NCBI GenBank assembly: GCA_963742415.1
Contig: CAVULX010000002.1
Span: 128,001 to 192,000, forward strand
DNA length: 64,000 nucleotides
Reading direction: 5' to 3'
Source: an uncultured Parachlamydiaceae bacterium
Lineage (GTDB): Bacteria > Chlamydiota > Chlamydiia > Chlamydiales > Parachlamydiaceae
Below the pieces are notes generated by a model that worked only from the letters and a program-made list of their open reading frames with translations, was not told the origin of the DNA and did no database searches. The translations under genes were made by a program, and so were the position numbers. Each line of letters starts with the position of its first letter. The stretch's first letter is position 1. Shown one piece after another: positions 1 to 10,733 of this stretch.

Positions 1-631
1 TTCGATGGATGGGGCAAGGCCCATGCTCCGCTAAAGCTTCTAGATGATATTCGGTTCCATACCCTTTATGCCTGTTAAAGCCATACTGAGGCCATGTTTC
101 ATGATATTCCACCATGAGCTGATCGCGCGTCTCTTTGGCAATAATAGAAGCAGCGGCAATCGACTGCGATTTGGCATCCCCACCCACAATTCTTTGACAA
201 GGGATGTGGGGATGCATCAAATTCATCCCATCGATAAATAGTATATCTAAAATGCAAGCCAACTTTTCAATGGCCTGCAGCATCGCTTGCACTGTTGCTT
301 GGTAAATGTTGATGGCATCGATCGTTTCCACAGAGATAACTCCAATCCCATAACGGATACGACGGTTTTTTTTGATTGCAGCAAAGACCTCTTTTCTCTT
401 CACTGCAGGGAGCTTTTTACTGTCGTCTACTCCCGGCAAAAAAACCCCTTCAGGAATAAAGCAAGCAGCCGCTACAACGGGGCCGGCTAAAGGCCCTCGC
501 CCCGCTTCATCGACTCCTGCAATCCTTTTTAGGCCCTTGGCTCGAGCCTCCTGCTCATATTGCGTCATTTCGCCTAATCGGATCCGTTCGCTTTCATCAA
601 GAAGTGAATTATTGGATTTCTGTTTCGACAC
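1..631 (-). CDS. rnhB: Ribonuclease HII (3' end runs off the window; start GTG 631 or ATG 568)
   Basis: Manual minus-strand translation gives IAGVDEAGRGPLAGPVVAAA, DSKKL, GDAKSQSIAAASIIAK, HKGYGT; follows rplS as in Chlamydiae; absent from the ORF track. Confidence 0.95.
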   Translation of the reverse strand, partial: MSKQKSNNSLLDESERIRLGEMTQYEQEARAKGLKRIAGVDEAGRGPLAGPVVAAACFIPEGVFLPGVDDSKKLPAVKRKEVFAAIKKNRRIRYGIGVISVETIDAINIYQATVQAMLQAIEKLACILDILFIDGMNLMHPHIPCQRIVGGDAKSQSIAAASIIAKETRDQLMVEYHETWPQYGFNRHKGYGTEYHLEALAEHGPCPIHR

Positions 632-1061
632 CAGCAGCTTCAACGATTACGTTTTCAGCTTCCTGCTGGGGTTGTTTTTCCTGAATATTCTCTTCTTTAG
701 AACGACGAACGCCTTTCCGCCCTTTCACTTTGGACGCCTTACCGGAAGTTCCGCGCAAATAATACAATTTGCTTCTGCGGACATCCCCTTCCTTCATCAC
801 TTCAATCTTGCTGATCCGCGGACTATGCAGAGGAAAAACCCGTTCCATCCCTTCTCCATAGGCCACTCGGTGCACTGAAAAGGTTTCCGAAACACCCCTC
901 CCTTTTCGGGCAATCACGGTGCCTGTAAACACTTGAATACGCTCCTTTTCCCCTTCGACAATGCGGGTGTGGACACGGATCGTATCTCCAATGCGAAAGT
1001 TGCCCACATTGGCCTTAATTTGCCGCTTTTCCAGCTTTTCTATGACAGCTGTTCTACTCAT
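609..1061 (-). CDS. rplS: 50S ribosomal protein L19
   Basis: FRIGDTIRVHTRIVEGEKERIQVF, VRRSKLYYLR. Confidence 0.97.
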   Translation of the reverse strand: MSRTAVIEKLEKRQIKANVGNFRIGDTIRVHTRIVEGEKERIQVFTGTVIARKGRGVSETFSVHRVAYGEGMERVFPLHSPRISKIEVMKEGDVRRSKLYYLRGTSGKASKVKGRKGVRRSKEENIQEKQPQQEAENVIVEAAGVETEIQ

Positions 1062-1071
1062 TTCTCTCTCC

Positions 1072-1732
1072 TCATAATAAATCAGGGCGCACTCTACGCG
1101 TCTTTTCCAACGCTTTCGCTCGGCGCCATTTTGCTATTTCTTGATGATTTCCGCTCAATAATACTGACGGAACCTCTTTTCCTTCAAATTTTCAGGCCGC
1201 GTGTAATGGGGCCAATCCAATATCGGCTCAAATGAATCCTCATTCGCCGCCCCCTCATGTCCCAAAACCCCCGGAACAAACCGGGAAACACCATCCACGA
1301 CAACGATCGCTGCCAAACAGCCATTGGTTAATACAAAATCGCCAATGCTGATTTCTTCATCCACTTCGCTTTCAAGTACACGCTGGTCAATCCCTTCATA
1401 ATGTCCGCAAAGCAAAATAAGATGCTCATAGGCGGCCAATTCGCGACATTTTTTCGCATTGAGCACACTCCCTTGGGGCGACAAGTAGAGGTGCGCGCCC
1501 CTGGCGTTTTAACACTCCTCAGAGCTTTCGACACAGGTTCTGGCATGAGCACCATTCCGGGTCCCCCGCCATAGGGGCGATCGTCTACTTTGCGCCATTT
1601 GTTGTCGGCAAAATCGCGAATATCAACTAAATTGATCTCTATTCTCCCTTTCTGCTGAGCCTTTTTGAGAATACTTTCATCAAAAGGTCCTCGGAAATAC
1701 TCGGGAAAAAGGGAAAGAATATCGAATCTCAT
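1072..1732 (-). CDS. trmD: tRNA (guanine-N1)-methyltransferase, broken by two apparent 1-bp frameshifts (near 1489 and 1188)
   Basis: [34 protein letters not shown]; a third frame continues [19 protein letters not shown]...RPDLL-TGA at 1072. Confidence 0.93.
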
Positions 1733-1740
1733 GGATGACT

Positions 1741-2073
1741 TTAAGCCGCTGCTTTTTTCCTAGCCTTTCTTTTCGCTGTTGCTTTTGTGCGGCGCGCTAA
1801 TTCCTTTTGGCTATGCTTAAGCACAATCGCGGGAGCTTGCTGGGCAACTAAAGCTTTGGCTTTATCTGTCATTTGCGCCCCTTGGTCCAGCCAATGTTGG
1901 ATGCGGTCAGGCTTCATGAACAATGTTAAATCTTCTTCTGTTTCAAATGGATTATACCATCCCAACATTTCCACATACTTGCCATCCCGCGGCGACCGGC
2001 TATCAGTCACCACTAAACGATAAGTTTCGCGGTTTTTACGGCCTTGCTGCCGCAATCTAATTTTTAACGCCAT
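1741..2073 (-). CDS. rpsP: 30S ribosomal protein S16
   Basis: MALKIRLRQQGRKN, DSRSPRDGKYVEMLGWYNP. Confidence 0.97.
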   Translation of the reverse strand: MALKIRLRQQGRKNRETYRLVVTDSRSPRDGKYVEMLGWYNPFETEEDLTLFMKPDRIQHWLDQGAQMTDKAKALVAQQAPAIVLKHSQKELARRTKATAKRKARKKAAA

Positions 2074-3394
2074 AGGGATCCTCCCATCATCTTTTCCAGA
2101 TTTTTCATATTTGGCATGTTTTTAAAAAATTGTTTTGCTTGTTTAAATGATTTTACTAACTTATTCACATCTTCTATTTTCGTTCCGCTGCCGCTGGCAA
2201 TCCGTTTTCGCCTAGAGGGAACTAATTCATCCTTTTCTTGCCGTTCAGCGGCTGTCATCGACTGAATGATTGCTTCAATTTTAAAAAATTCTTTTTCATC
2301 AAACTCCATCGCTTTCAGGGCGCCCATTCCGGGCAGCATCCCCAGCAAGCTTTTCAGCGACCCCATTTTCTTGACCGTCTGAATCTGCTTCAGATAGTCT
2401 TCGTAGGTAAAGGTTGCGGAGCGGATTTTTTTTTCTAATTTTTTTGCTTCTTCTTCATCGATATGTTCTTGCGCTTTTTTGACCAGGTTGATCGTATCGC
2501 CCATTCCTAGGATGCGATCTGCCATGGAAGCTGGATTAAATAGTTGCAAGTCATCCAGTTTTTCGCCAACCCCTTCAAACTTCAGCGGCTTTCCGGTCAC
2601 TTCGCGGATCGAAATCGCAGCTCCGCCGCGGGTATTGCCGTCCAGCATCGTCAGAATGGTTCCGGTTACCTCAATCCGTTTATTAAACTCAGCCGCGATA
2701 TTGACAGCATCTTGACCTGTCGTCGCGTTTGCGACAAACAGGATTTCCTGGGGTTGCAGCGCCTTTTTAACATTCTCCAGCTGCAGCATCAACTCTTCGT
2801 CGATGTGCAGCCGGCCGGCCGTATCGACAATGAGGACATCGTGATGTTCATTTTTTGCTTTTTGCAGAGCTGCTTTGGCCACCTTAACAGGATCTTTTTC
2901 ACCCGGAATAAGAAAGACTGCCACTCCAGTCTGCTCCCCTAAAGTTTTAAGCTGATCAACGGCGGCAGGACGTTGCAGGTCACAGGCGACTAAAAGGGGG
3001 TTTTTGCTTTCTCCTTTTTTCTTCAAATAGTTGGCTAATTTGGCGCAATGTGTTGTTTTTCCCGATCCTTGCAAACCGCAGACCATAATAACGGCCGGTT
3101 TATTGTGCGATCTGAAGGCGTTTCTTCCACACCCCCCATCAAACTCACGAGCTCATCATGGACAATTTTGATGAACTGCTGCCCGGGAGTCACAGATTTT
3201 AAAACGACATCGCCTATCGCTTTCTCTTTAACCCTCTTTACTAGAGCTTTAGCGACGCTATAATTGACATCCGCTTCTAAAAGCGCCAACCGCACTTCGC
3301 TCACCGCTTCTGCGATATTATCTTCGGTCAGCTTCCTTTTGCCTGCCAATTTAGACATCAAAGCTTGCATTTTTTCGGTTAATATCCCGAGCAT
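2064..3394 (-). CDS. ffh: Signal recognition particle protein, split by an apparent frameshift at about 3090-3125
   Basis: N domain ALLEADVN (ORF 3035-3394); GLQGSGKTT, DTAGRL and M domain SRRKRIASGSG (ORF 2064-3086). Confidence 0.95.
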
Positions 3395-3451
3395 AAAAGC
3401 TTAAGTTTGCTACTCCTCTTATGTATTTAAGTGGCGATAATACTTAAAAAA

Positions 3452-4300
3452 TCATTCAATTTCAAGAAAAAAGAAACGATCGTGCCCCCCCCAATCTTTC
3501 TCTATTCTCTTCTCTTTCCAGGGGGGAGAAGGGAAAAGCTCTAAGACTTTTTTTCCCTGACTTTGACCTATCTCCATTCCCACTTTCGCCTTAGGCTCCA
3601 AATAGGGGGGCAACTCATTGGCAAGCCGCCTATAAAATTCAATTCCAGATTGACCGCTCACGAGCGCGAGGCGGGGTTCATAATCTCTCACTTCTTTGTC
3701 CAAAGAGCTGTATTCCTCTTCCGATATATAGGGAGGATTGCATACCACATAAGAGGCCCGGTTGCCGGCAAATGGAGCTAAAAGATCCCCTTGCAAAATA
3801 TCTACTTGGACATGATTCAATGCAGCATTTTCTTGTGCCATGGCTAACGCTTCAGGGGAGATATCGGAGAGTGAAACTTGCAATTCGGGGAAGGTTTTTT
3901 TAAGAGCAATGCCAACATAGCCGGAACCACAACACACGTCCCAGAGCGTTTTTCCCTCAGCTCCCTCTCTTTTAATGATCTGGACAACTTTATCGACGAG
4001 AATTTCAGTTTCATGCCGGGGAATTAAGACGTTGGGATTGATTTTGACCGAACACCCGTAAAATTTGACTTCCCCATGGATGTAGGCTAAAGGCTCCCCT
4101 TGCCCCCTGCGAACAAGACGGGAGCGGATCAGATCGAGCTCCGTATCTGTCAGCGGCTTTTCATGCTCCAAATACAACTGCGTGCGCGTTAAACGTAAGG
4201 CGTCGCAAATGAGGTCTTGAGCTTCTCGACGTGAATTTTCAACCCCTTTTTGCTTAAGGTAATCCACCGACAAATTTAAAACTTCTAATAATCTACGCAC
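3452..4300 (-). CDS. prmC: Release factor glutamine methyltransferase
   Basis: GEPLAYI, LIPRHETE, DVCCGSG, NPPY; adjacent to prfA. Confidence 0.95.
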   Translation of the reverse strand: MRRLLEVLNLSVDYLKQKGVENSRREAQDLICDALRLTRTQLYLEHEKPLTDTELDLIRSRLVRRGQGEPLAYIHGEVKFYGCSVKINPNVLIPRHETEILVDKVVQIIKREGAEGKTLWDVCCGSGYVGIALKKTFPELQVSLSDISPEALAMAQENAALNHVQVDILQGDLLAPFAGNRASYVVCNPPYISEEEYSSLDKEVRDYEPRLALVSGQSGIEFYRRLANELPPYLEPKAKVGMEIGQSQGKKVLELFPSPPWKEKRIEKDWGGHDRFFFLEIE

Positions 4301-4305
4301 AGGTC

Positions 4306-5373
4306 TTATGTTTGCAATTGTTCCTGATAAAAATGGGTCACTAAGGCGGTCACAATATCTTCCAATTCCCCCTCCATGACCCTGTCCAGATCATAACGTG
4401 TTAGATTAATCCGATGATCTGTCATCCGGTTCTGGGGAAAATTATAGGTTCGAATCCTTTCCGAGCGATCCCCTGAACCCACTTGCTGGGAACGGGAATT
4501 GGCGATGGCTTCCTGCTTTTTTTGCCGCTCAACCTCGGCCAATTTGGCTTTCAGCAAACGCATCGCTTTATCTTTATTTTTATGCTGGCTTCTTTCTTCC
4601 TGGCAATACACAACGATCCCTGAAGGGATATGAGTCAACCGGACAGCGCTATCGGTCGTGTTAACATGCTGGCCGCCGGCTCCTGAAGATCTATAAGTGT
4701 CGACGCGGAGATCTCTTTCATCCACCTCTACATCGGCATCTTCATCAGGCTCTAATAACACAGCTACTGTAATCGCTGAGGTATGCACTCTTCCTTGAGC
4801 TTCTGTTTCGGGAACCCGCTGAACGCGGTGAGTTCCCCCTTCATGCCGTAAAAAGCGGTAGACGTTAGGCCCTGAAAGGACCATCACGTATTCCTTAAAG
4901 CCCCCTTTTTCCGATTCTGCACAGGAAAGCAACTCATATTTCCACCCCATCTTGTCGGCAAACATTTTGTACATGCGGGTACAATCACCGACAAAGAGGG
5001 CTGCTTCCTCTCCCCCGGTCCCTGCACGTAATTCTAAAATCGTATTTTTGCTGTCGTTTGGATCAGGCGGTACAAGCAGATTCTCCAGTTTTGCTTGCAA
5101 TTCCACAAGACGGGCCTCTAAATATAGGCAATCCTCTTGCAAAACCTCTGCAAACGTGGGATCTCCCTCTGTTTTAAGGAGTTCCTGATTATCCAACAAT
5201 TGTTTCCTCAGCCTTTCAGACTCATCCCACATGGTTCTGACCTCATGCAAATAAGCATGCTCTTGGGTGAGTGAACGGTACAATTTTTGGTCGCCAAAAA
5301 TTTCAGGCATCCCCAATTGTTGTTCGACTTCAGTTAAACGGGAAAGTAACTGTAATACTTTTTTTTTCATCAT
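4306..5373 (-). CDS. prfA: Peptide chain release factor 1
   Basis: [18 protein letters not shown] (PxT motif), [13 protein letters not shown]. Confidence 0.97.
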   Translation of the reverse strand: MMKKKVLQLLSRLTEVEQQLGMPEIFGDQKLYRSLTQEHAYLHEVRTMWDESERLRKQLLDNQELLKTEGDPTFAEVLQEDCLYLEARLVELQAKLENLLVPPDPNDSKNTILELRAGTGGEEAALFVGDCTRMYKMFADKMGWKYELLSCAESEKGGFKEYVMVLSGPNVYRFLRHEGGTHRVQRVPETEAQGRVHTSAITVAVLLEPDEDADVEVDERDLRVDTYRSSGAGGQHVNTTDSAVRLTHIPSGIVVYCQEERSQHKNKDKAMRLLKAKLAEVERQKKQEAIANSRSQQVGSGDRSERIRTYNFPQNRMTDHRINLTRYDLDRVMEGELEDIVTALVTHFYQEQLQT

Positions 5374-5441
5374 GGTAGGAGTTCTCAAGCAAAGAAGGCA
5401 AAAATAGGGCTTGCCTTCTTTTAAAGAGCAACTGTTTGAGG

Positions 5442-5771
5442 TTATTTCTTCGCTTTACCTTTCTTTGCAGGGGGTTGTTCTTTCTCCCCTTCCTTTTCCC
5501 CCTCTTTATCCCCTTTGCCTTTTTGCTGGGCGGCGCTATAGCGCTTTTTAAATTTGTCCACTCTTCCTTCAGCATCGACAAATTGTTTGCTGCCAGTGAA
5601 CAAGGGATGAGAATACGCAGAGGTCGAAAGATGGTATACCGGATATTCTTTGCCTTCAAATTTTTCCGTGTCTTTGGTTTGAAGGGCTGAACCGATCACA
5701 AATCGGTGTCCGGTAGATGAATCGACAAATAACACTTGTTGATATTTAGGATGAGCTTCTTTTTTCATCAT
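5442..5771 (-). CDS. rpmE2: 50S ribosomal protein L31 type B with a Lys/Glu-rich tail
   Basis: [30 protein letters not shown]; no Zn-binding cysteines; GGAG RBS. Confidence 0.92.
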   Translation of the reverse strand: MMKKEAHPKYQQVLFVDSSTGHRFVIGSALQTKDTEKFEGKEYPVYHLSTSAYSHPLFTGSKQFVDAEGRVDKFKKRYSAAQQKGKGDKEGEKEGEKEQPPAKKGKAKK

Positions 5772-6021
5772 ATGCTCCAAATTGGATTAATTAATGCATC
5801 AATATAATTTATCCCCTTGTAAATTACAAGAAATTTTAGCGATCAAGGAAAGGAAATCTGTCCCTGCACACATTAATTGCTTTGCGAGCCCCTGCCCGTG
5901 CGCCTTGCCAAAATTTAATGAATAAACATTTTTATTTCTTTTCGATTATATCATTAAATTGACATTTAATTAGTAAAAATGATATAATATTTTTAATTTT
6001 AATTAACTGATAGGCTCGTAA

Positions 6022-6780
6022 ATGATTTCTAATAACAATAATTCTAATACACACACTGAAGCTCTCCCTAATACCAACTCTTCTGTGCTCCTCCAATTGT
6101 ATCATTATAGCCAACATTCTAAACCTTCGGCCACTGTCAAAATGTTGAAAAATAAAAACCTTTACCCTGAACTCAACGTATTCCGCCAACAAATTGAATA
6201 TGAAACCTTAAATTTTCACTCTTCCCCTTATAGCTGCATAAAAAAGAAAGTCGCCCTATATAAAATCATCTTTTTCTTATTAGCCGTTCTATTTTTCGGC
6301 CTTGGCGCCATCATTTATCAAAAAGCCCTTTATTGGTCTGTAGCCCCTTTGTCTTACAATCAATTCTTCATGATTAAGAATCTGATTTGCGGGATCTGCG
6401 CTTTCATCGGTTCTTTGAGTTTATGGATTTTCGGTTCGATGAGGGCAGAACAGGAAGCTTCAAGACATTTGCTGAAACTCGCTCATCACAAATTGAATAA
6501 ATCATTTGCGCGCAAACGGGTTGAATTTGGATTGCATAGTTTGTTCCTCTTTGGCAACGCCTATAAGAGATCGCAGGCTCTCAAGCAAGCCTACCAAGAT
6601 GCCCGTCATCGGATGCAACGCCATTATGAGAATCTACATCACTTATTTAAACGGATCAGCACCTCCTCCTCCATCAATGCTCGCGTACGGGAACTTCTCT
6701 GCAATCAAGCCATTTTAGAGTTCGGCGATCAAATGGATCACGTCGTCTCTTCTTTTAAGGAAATTCGCGCGCTCCATTAG
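6022..6780 (+). CDS. Hypothetical membrane protein with two closely spaced hydrophobic helices
   Basis: 252-aa ORF; hydrophobic segments YKIIFFLLAVLFFGLGAII and LICGICAFIGSLSLWIF. Confidence 0.7.
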   Translation: MISNNNNSNTHTEALPNTNSSVLLQLYHYSQHSKPSATVKMLKNKNLYPELNVFRQQIEYETLNFHSSPYSCIKKKVALYKIIFFLLAVLFFGLGAIIYQKALYWSVAPLSYNQFFMIKNLICGICAFIGSLSLWIFGSMRAEQEASRHLLKLAHHKLNKSFARKRVEFGLHSLFLFGNAYKRSQALKQAYQDARHRMQRHYENLHHLFKRISTSSSINARVRELLCNQAILEFGDQMDHVVSSFKEIRALH

Positions 6781-6844
6781 AAACTCAAAAGTTCTCTGTG
6801 GATCACAAACTCCCTCCTCGATTACAATCCTGTTTTTCTTTGGA

Positions 6845-8080
6845 ATGATGATGCAAAACAATAGAATCAATAAAATCGGAACTAGATCTCCATTGCATGT
6901 TCTGCTTCTCCCCTCTTTTTATCCCACTTTAGAGGACCCGATCTACGGCAATTTTTTCCATGAACAAGCTGTTATGGTAAAAGATGCCGGTGTCCAAATC
7001 GGCGTCATTTATCCTGAAATTCGGCAGCTCAAAGACCTAACTTTTAACCTTGCCTTGAAAAATTACTTCCAGCTAAGCCAAGCGCATGAAAATGGCTTGC
7101 CGACCCACCGAATGCATGGATGGAACCTTTCCCCAGCTTACTTGCAGGGCACAAGCATTCTATGGACAGGTGCGGCAATGAAATTATATGAAAAATATGT
7201 CAAGGCGCATGGAAAACCTGATCTCATCCATGCTCAAAGCACCTTGTGGGGAGGAATCGCAGCTTGCGCGATTGCAAAAAAATATCACGTTCCTTACATT
7301 ATCGCCGAACATAGAGATAATTTTCTTCATGAGACTCTATTTCCTAGCTCTTCTCCGGATGATTGGCTATCAAAAAAAGTAAAAGATGCTTTTAAAAATG
7401 CAGCCCAATTGGTTGCTGTGAGCCAGGCTTTAAAATCGGGAATGCAAAAATATTCGGGCAATAAAATTTCAGTGATCCCCAATTTCATCGATACATCTTT
7501 TTTTTCACGAAGGGAGCAAGCCAGACCCTCTTCCCCTTTCCCCTTTACCTTTTTAACTGTGGCAAATTTGGTTGAGAGCAAAAACATCCAGGGCTTGCTG
7601 AAAGCCTTTCAGAGCCTCTATAAGACTGATCCAAATATGAGGCTGCGGATCATAGGCGAAGGGCCCCAGAAAGCCCCTTTAATAAAAATGGCCGAACAAC
7701 TAAAAGTTAAGGAAGAGGTGGAATTTTTGGGAAAATTGAGCCGAACAGAAGTCAAAAGCGCTTACGCTTCCTCCCATGTCTTTGTTCTACCCAGCAACTA
7801 CGAAACATTTGGCGTTGTTTTTATTGAGGCTTTAGCCATGGGATTGCCTGTGATTGGGACGCGATGCGGCGGACCAGAAGATATCATTACAGATGAAGTC
7901 GGGCGGCTGGTGAAATGTCAAAACGATGCAGAATTAGCTGAGGCTATGCTCACAGTGAAAAACAATTATCATTCATACGATCCAATCGAATTGCAAAATT
8001 ACGTCATCAAACAATTTAGCAAAGCAGCAGTCATCTCAAAATGGGTTCAAGTTTATAGCAAATCAAAACAGCTAAGCTGA
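6845..8080 (+). CDS. Glycosyltransferase family 4
   Basis: KPDLIHAQ, FVLPSNYETFGVVFIEALAMGLPVI (EX7E). Confidence 0.92.
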   Translation: MMMQNNRINKIGTRSPLHVLLLPSFYPTLEDPIYGNFFHEQAVMVKDAGVQIGVIYPEIRQLKDLTFNLALKNYFQLSQAHENGLPTHRMHGWNLSPAYLQGTSILWTGAAMKLYEKYVKAHGKPDLIHAQSTLWGGIAACAIAKKYHVPYIIAEHRDNFLHETLFPSSSPDDWLSKKVKDAFKNAAQLVAVSQALKSGMQKYSGNKISVIPNFIDTSFFSRREQARPSSPFPFTFLTVANLVESKNIQGLLKAFQSLYKTDPNMRLRIIGEGPQKAPLIKMAEQLKVKEEVEFLGKLSRTEVKSAYASSHVFVLPSNYETFGVVFIEALAMGLPVIGTRCGGPEDIITDEVGRLVKCQNDAELAEAMLTVKNNYHSYDPIELQNYVIKQFSKAAVISKWVQVYSKSKQLS

Positions 8081-8088
8081 ATAACAAA

Positions 8089-8136
8089 AAAACAGGATAA
8101 TCAAGACCGCCTTCGGCGACAGGATAAACAAGATTC
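8089..8136 (+). repeat. Diverged half-copy of the CAGGATAA terminal-repeat family found at 50.7 and 63.5 kb
   Basis: AAACAGGATAATCAAGACCG..CAGGATAAACAAGAT aligns by eye with AAACAGGATAAGCAAGATCG..CAGGATAAGCAAGAT. Confidence 0.65.
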
Positions 8137-8198
8137 ACCAAAATAGTTGCTAAAATATACCACCCAAATCGATTTTGATCAGGCCGAATTCCTGATCC

Positions 8199-8352
8199 TA
8201 GAGTTTGGATGTTTTGAAAGAAAAAATTCCCGAAGGGAATTGTAGACTGGTAGCCCAGAGTTGTGCCGTTTCGGCATCGCCCTCACAGCTTACTCTGGGC
8301 TACCAGTCTACAATTCCCTTCGGGAATTTATTTAAGAAGCGTCCAAACTCGA
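8199..8352. repeat. About 150-bp palindromic MITE/REP-like element
   Basis: Perfect 38-bp inverted repeat 8224-8261/8292-8329 plus outer GAGTTTGGA (8201-8209)/TCCAAACTC (8342-8350). Confidence 0.9.
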
Positions 8353-8463
8353 ACGTTTGGCGCGCAAGCGCCAAGCTAGTGGATCGAAAGATACGTTGCT
8401 AACTAATCTTTTGGGACCGTTGTTCAAGCTGCATAAACATCATTTGTTTCGTTCTGTAGCCAC

Positions 8464-8892
8464 CTATAGTTTTTCTGTCAGCATCGCTAAGCCTGTCAAA
8501 ATGGCAGCTCCTCCGATTGAAGGGGCAGCCACACCGGCCACATGAGCTCCAGCAACAAACCCTACGGTAACAACTATTGCTGAAATAGTATACTTAGCAA
8601 AAAATCTTTGGTGTGGATGAGGATCTTTATTACCTTCAAGAGATACTCTTGTTGGTTTAAAATAATTAATTTTATTTAAAAGCTCTTCAACCTTCTGAGC
8701 AAGTGTTGAAACAGAAAATCCAAAAACAGCTCCCCCTGGTACAGATACCCCAAATTTGATAAACGTATGGCCATATTTTTCAGCCACTCCGCAAAATGCG
8801 GCTGAAAGTGCGGCTGCTTGAATTGTATGATTGTAGGGATATAAAACATCAGCTGCAAAATTTTTAATACCGGATATAACATAAGAAACCAT
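8464..8892 (-). CDS. Hypothetical membrane protein
   Basis: ORF from ATG 8892; Ala/Gly-rich hydrophobic hairpins. Confidence 0.65.
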   Translation of the reverse strand: MVSYVISGIKNFAADVLYPYNHTIQAAALSAAFCGVAEKYGHTFIKFGVSVPGGAVFGFSVSTLAQKVEELLNKINYFKPTRVSLEGNKDPHPHQRFFAKYTISAIVVTVGFVAGAHVAGVAAPSIGGAAILTGLAMLTEKL

Positions 8893-8995
8893 AATAAACC
8901 TCAACTTAATTTGTATTAACAAGGATAAAATATTATAAAATCGTCCCCAAAAAGTCAATATCGACTTTGTAAAAAAATAAAAAGAAGATGGCAAA

Positions 8996-9832
8996 CTAGA
9001 TGTCCAAAAACCTCACGGCATAATACTTAGCACAAGAATAAATAATGCCAAAAGGTGAAATACTTCTAAAATTAATGGTCAACTCATTACGAGCTGAACT
9101 CAAACGTGCTTTCCGGCTCATTTTTTTCCTATCAGAGTCCCAACCTCGGCAGTGATAAGCAATAAGATCAGGAACATACATCAGCTTCCAATTTTTCCTC
9201 TTTAGCCTAAGTGAAAGATCTATATCTTCTTTGTACATGTAAAAAGCCGGATCAAAAATTTCTTTTCCGTTAATCAACACTTCATCTAGAGCTTTTTTAC
9301 GGCAAAAAAAGACCGCCCCGCATAAAGCTGGAACCTCTTCATCTCCTCGATAGTGGCCGGCCTGATGCTGCTTTCCCTGATCCCTATCATACCACCTTCC
9401 ATACCATGTTTTAAACACGCCTGTGGTATCATATTTTCCTGTCGGGGCACCGAATGAGATGTCGTAACCCAAGACAGTCCCAGTTAAAGCTCCACAACGG
9501 GAATTCTCAGGTTGAAGCATGAACCCTACAGCTTTTTCAAGAAACTCAGGGGTCAAAAAAGCATCAGGATTCAATAAAAATACAAAATCGCTCTGAGCAT
9601 CCACATGATTTAACCCTAAATTATTGCCTTTGCAAAATCCCGCTTCTTTTTCAGCGAAGACGACTTTAAACTTGGGATGCTTAACATACCGATCGAGATA
9701 ATCATTATCCTTAGAACCTGTATCGGCAATAATGACTTCATGTGGAGGAAGCGTCTGTTGCTTCAAGCACTGGATCGCTTCTGGAAGATATTTTTGACTG
9801 TTATAAGTCACGATAATTACGGAGCACGTCAC
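8996..9832 (-). CDS. Glycosyltransferase family 2
   Basis: SVIIVTYNS, DTGSKD, GFCKGNNLG, LLNPD, FYMYKEDIDL. Confidence 0.92.
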   Translation of the reverse strand: MTCSVIIVTYNSQKYLPEAIQCLKQQTLPPHEVIIADTGSKDNDYLDRYVKHPKFKVVFAEKEAGFCKGNNLGLNHVDAQSDFVFLLNPDAFLTPEFLEKAVGFMLQPENSRCGALTGTVLGYDISFGAPTGKYDTTGVFKTWYGRWYDRDQGKQHQAGHYRGDEEVPALCGAVFFCRKKALDEVLINGKEIFDPAFYMYKEDIDLSLRLKRKNWKLMYVPDLIAYHCRGWDSDRKKMSRKARLSSARNELTINFRSISPFGIIYSCAKYYAVRFLDI

Positions 9833-9896
9833 TGAGATATCCTATCTTAAAACTTCCCAAAAGATCTGTCAGAAGACCTTTTGAGATATTTCCCAT

Positions 9897-10589
9897 TTAA
9901 CTTTCTTTACGGACAAACTTTCCTTTAGCTTTTTTTGCATTACTGATCAGCGGGCGAACATCCAGATTGAACATTTCGTATTCATTTTTTTTCCCTTTTC
10001 CCTGAACAAAAACATGCTGTCCACCAGTCCAATTTCCTGTGGCAAAGGTATTCCATAAATCAAATTTCCATACTGTAGAATCACTTAGTTTGACTGAGCG
10101 CCCACCCTTCGAGACTTCAATGATTTTTAGGCCAGCATCCCCGGTGGATTTCAAATCTAACTCAACTAAAGGCCTTATCCCCTCTTTTTCTTTTTTTTCT
10201 ATCCCTTCCAGATTTTTAAGGGCAAAATAATCATGTCCTCCTCCACCTGCACCCACTAAGCCAAAAGTACGCATTATCATGCGATCTCCAGCTTCCCAGG
10301 TTTTCAAATTTTCAAAAGAATCACGTATACGTTGCTTGTCGCAAACATTCAAAACAGTTCCATCCTCTAAAACAATTTTTGAATTATAACCTTCACGGAT
10401 TATAACGACTTGTTGAATTCGATTTTCATATAAAGGCAAATCTTTCGATTGTGTTTCTGCAGCAACATTAAAAGCAAACATTGAGAAGAACGCAGCAAAC
10501 ATCCATTTGGTCTTTATGCCAAGCAGACCATTTTTAATGCAGCTTTGGACATTTTGTGCAAAGTTGAAGCCAATTCTGAAAACATTCAT
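9897..10589 (-). CDS. Hypothetical exported protein with an internal two-fold repeat
   Basis: Signal-like FAAFFSMFAFNVAA; IVLEDGTV..WEAGD echoes VKLSDSTV..WTGGQ. Confidence 0.7.
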   Translation of the reverse strand: MNVFRIGFNFAQNVQSCIKNGLLGIKTKWMFAAFFSMFAFNVAAETQSKDLPLYENRIQQVVIIREGYNSKIVLEDGTVLNVCDKQRIRDSFENLKTWEAGDRMIMRTFGLVGAGGGGHDYFALKNLEGIEKKEKEGIRPLVELDLKSTGDAGLKIIEVSKGGRSVKLSDSTVWKFDLWNTFATGNWTGGQHVFVQGKGKKNEYEMFNLDVRPLISNAKKAKGKFVRKES

Positions 10590-10733
10590 GATAATCCTCC
10601 ACTTGAATTATTATAAAAACTATCCTTCGTAAAGCTATACCGATTTCGAGAATAAATCAATGCAAATCCGTTTATCTTGCCTTTAACTTGTGCGATTTGT
10701 TAGCCTTTATTGAAAAAAAAGAAATCAAATACC

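Noticed and set aside
44-878. Plus-strand ORFs at the window start
   Set aside because: Antisense shadows of rnhB and rplS.
1072-3394. trmD and ffh as true pseudogenes
   Set aside because: Essential genes with otherwise intact motifs; single-base assembly errors are more parsimonious.
6827-8098. 11-bp inverted repeat (ATCCTGTTTTT/AAAAACAGGAT) flanking the GT4 gene as transposon ends
   Set aside because: Short and low-complexity, no target duplication seen; the right copy is explained by the CAGGATAA repeat family.
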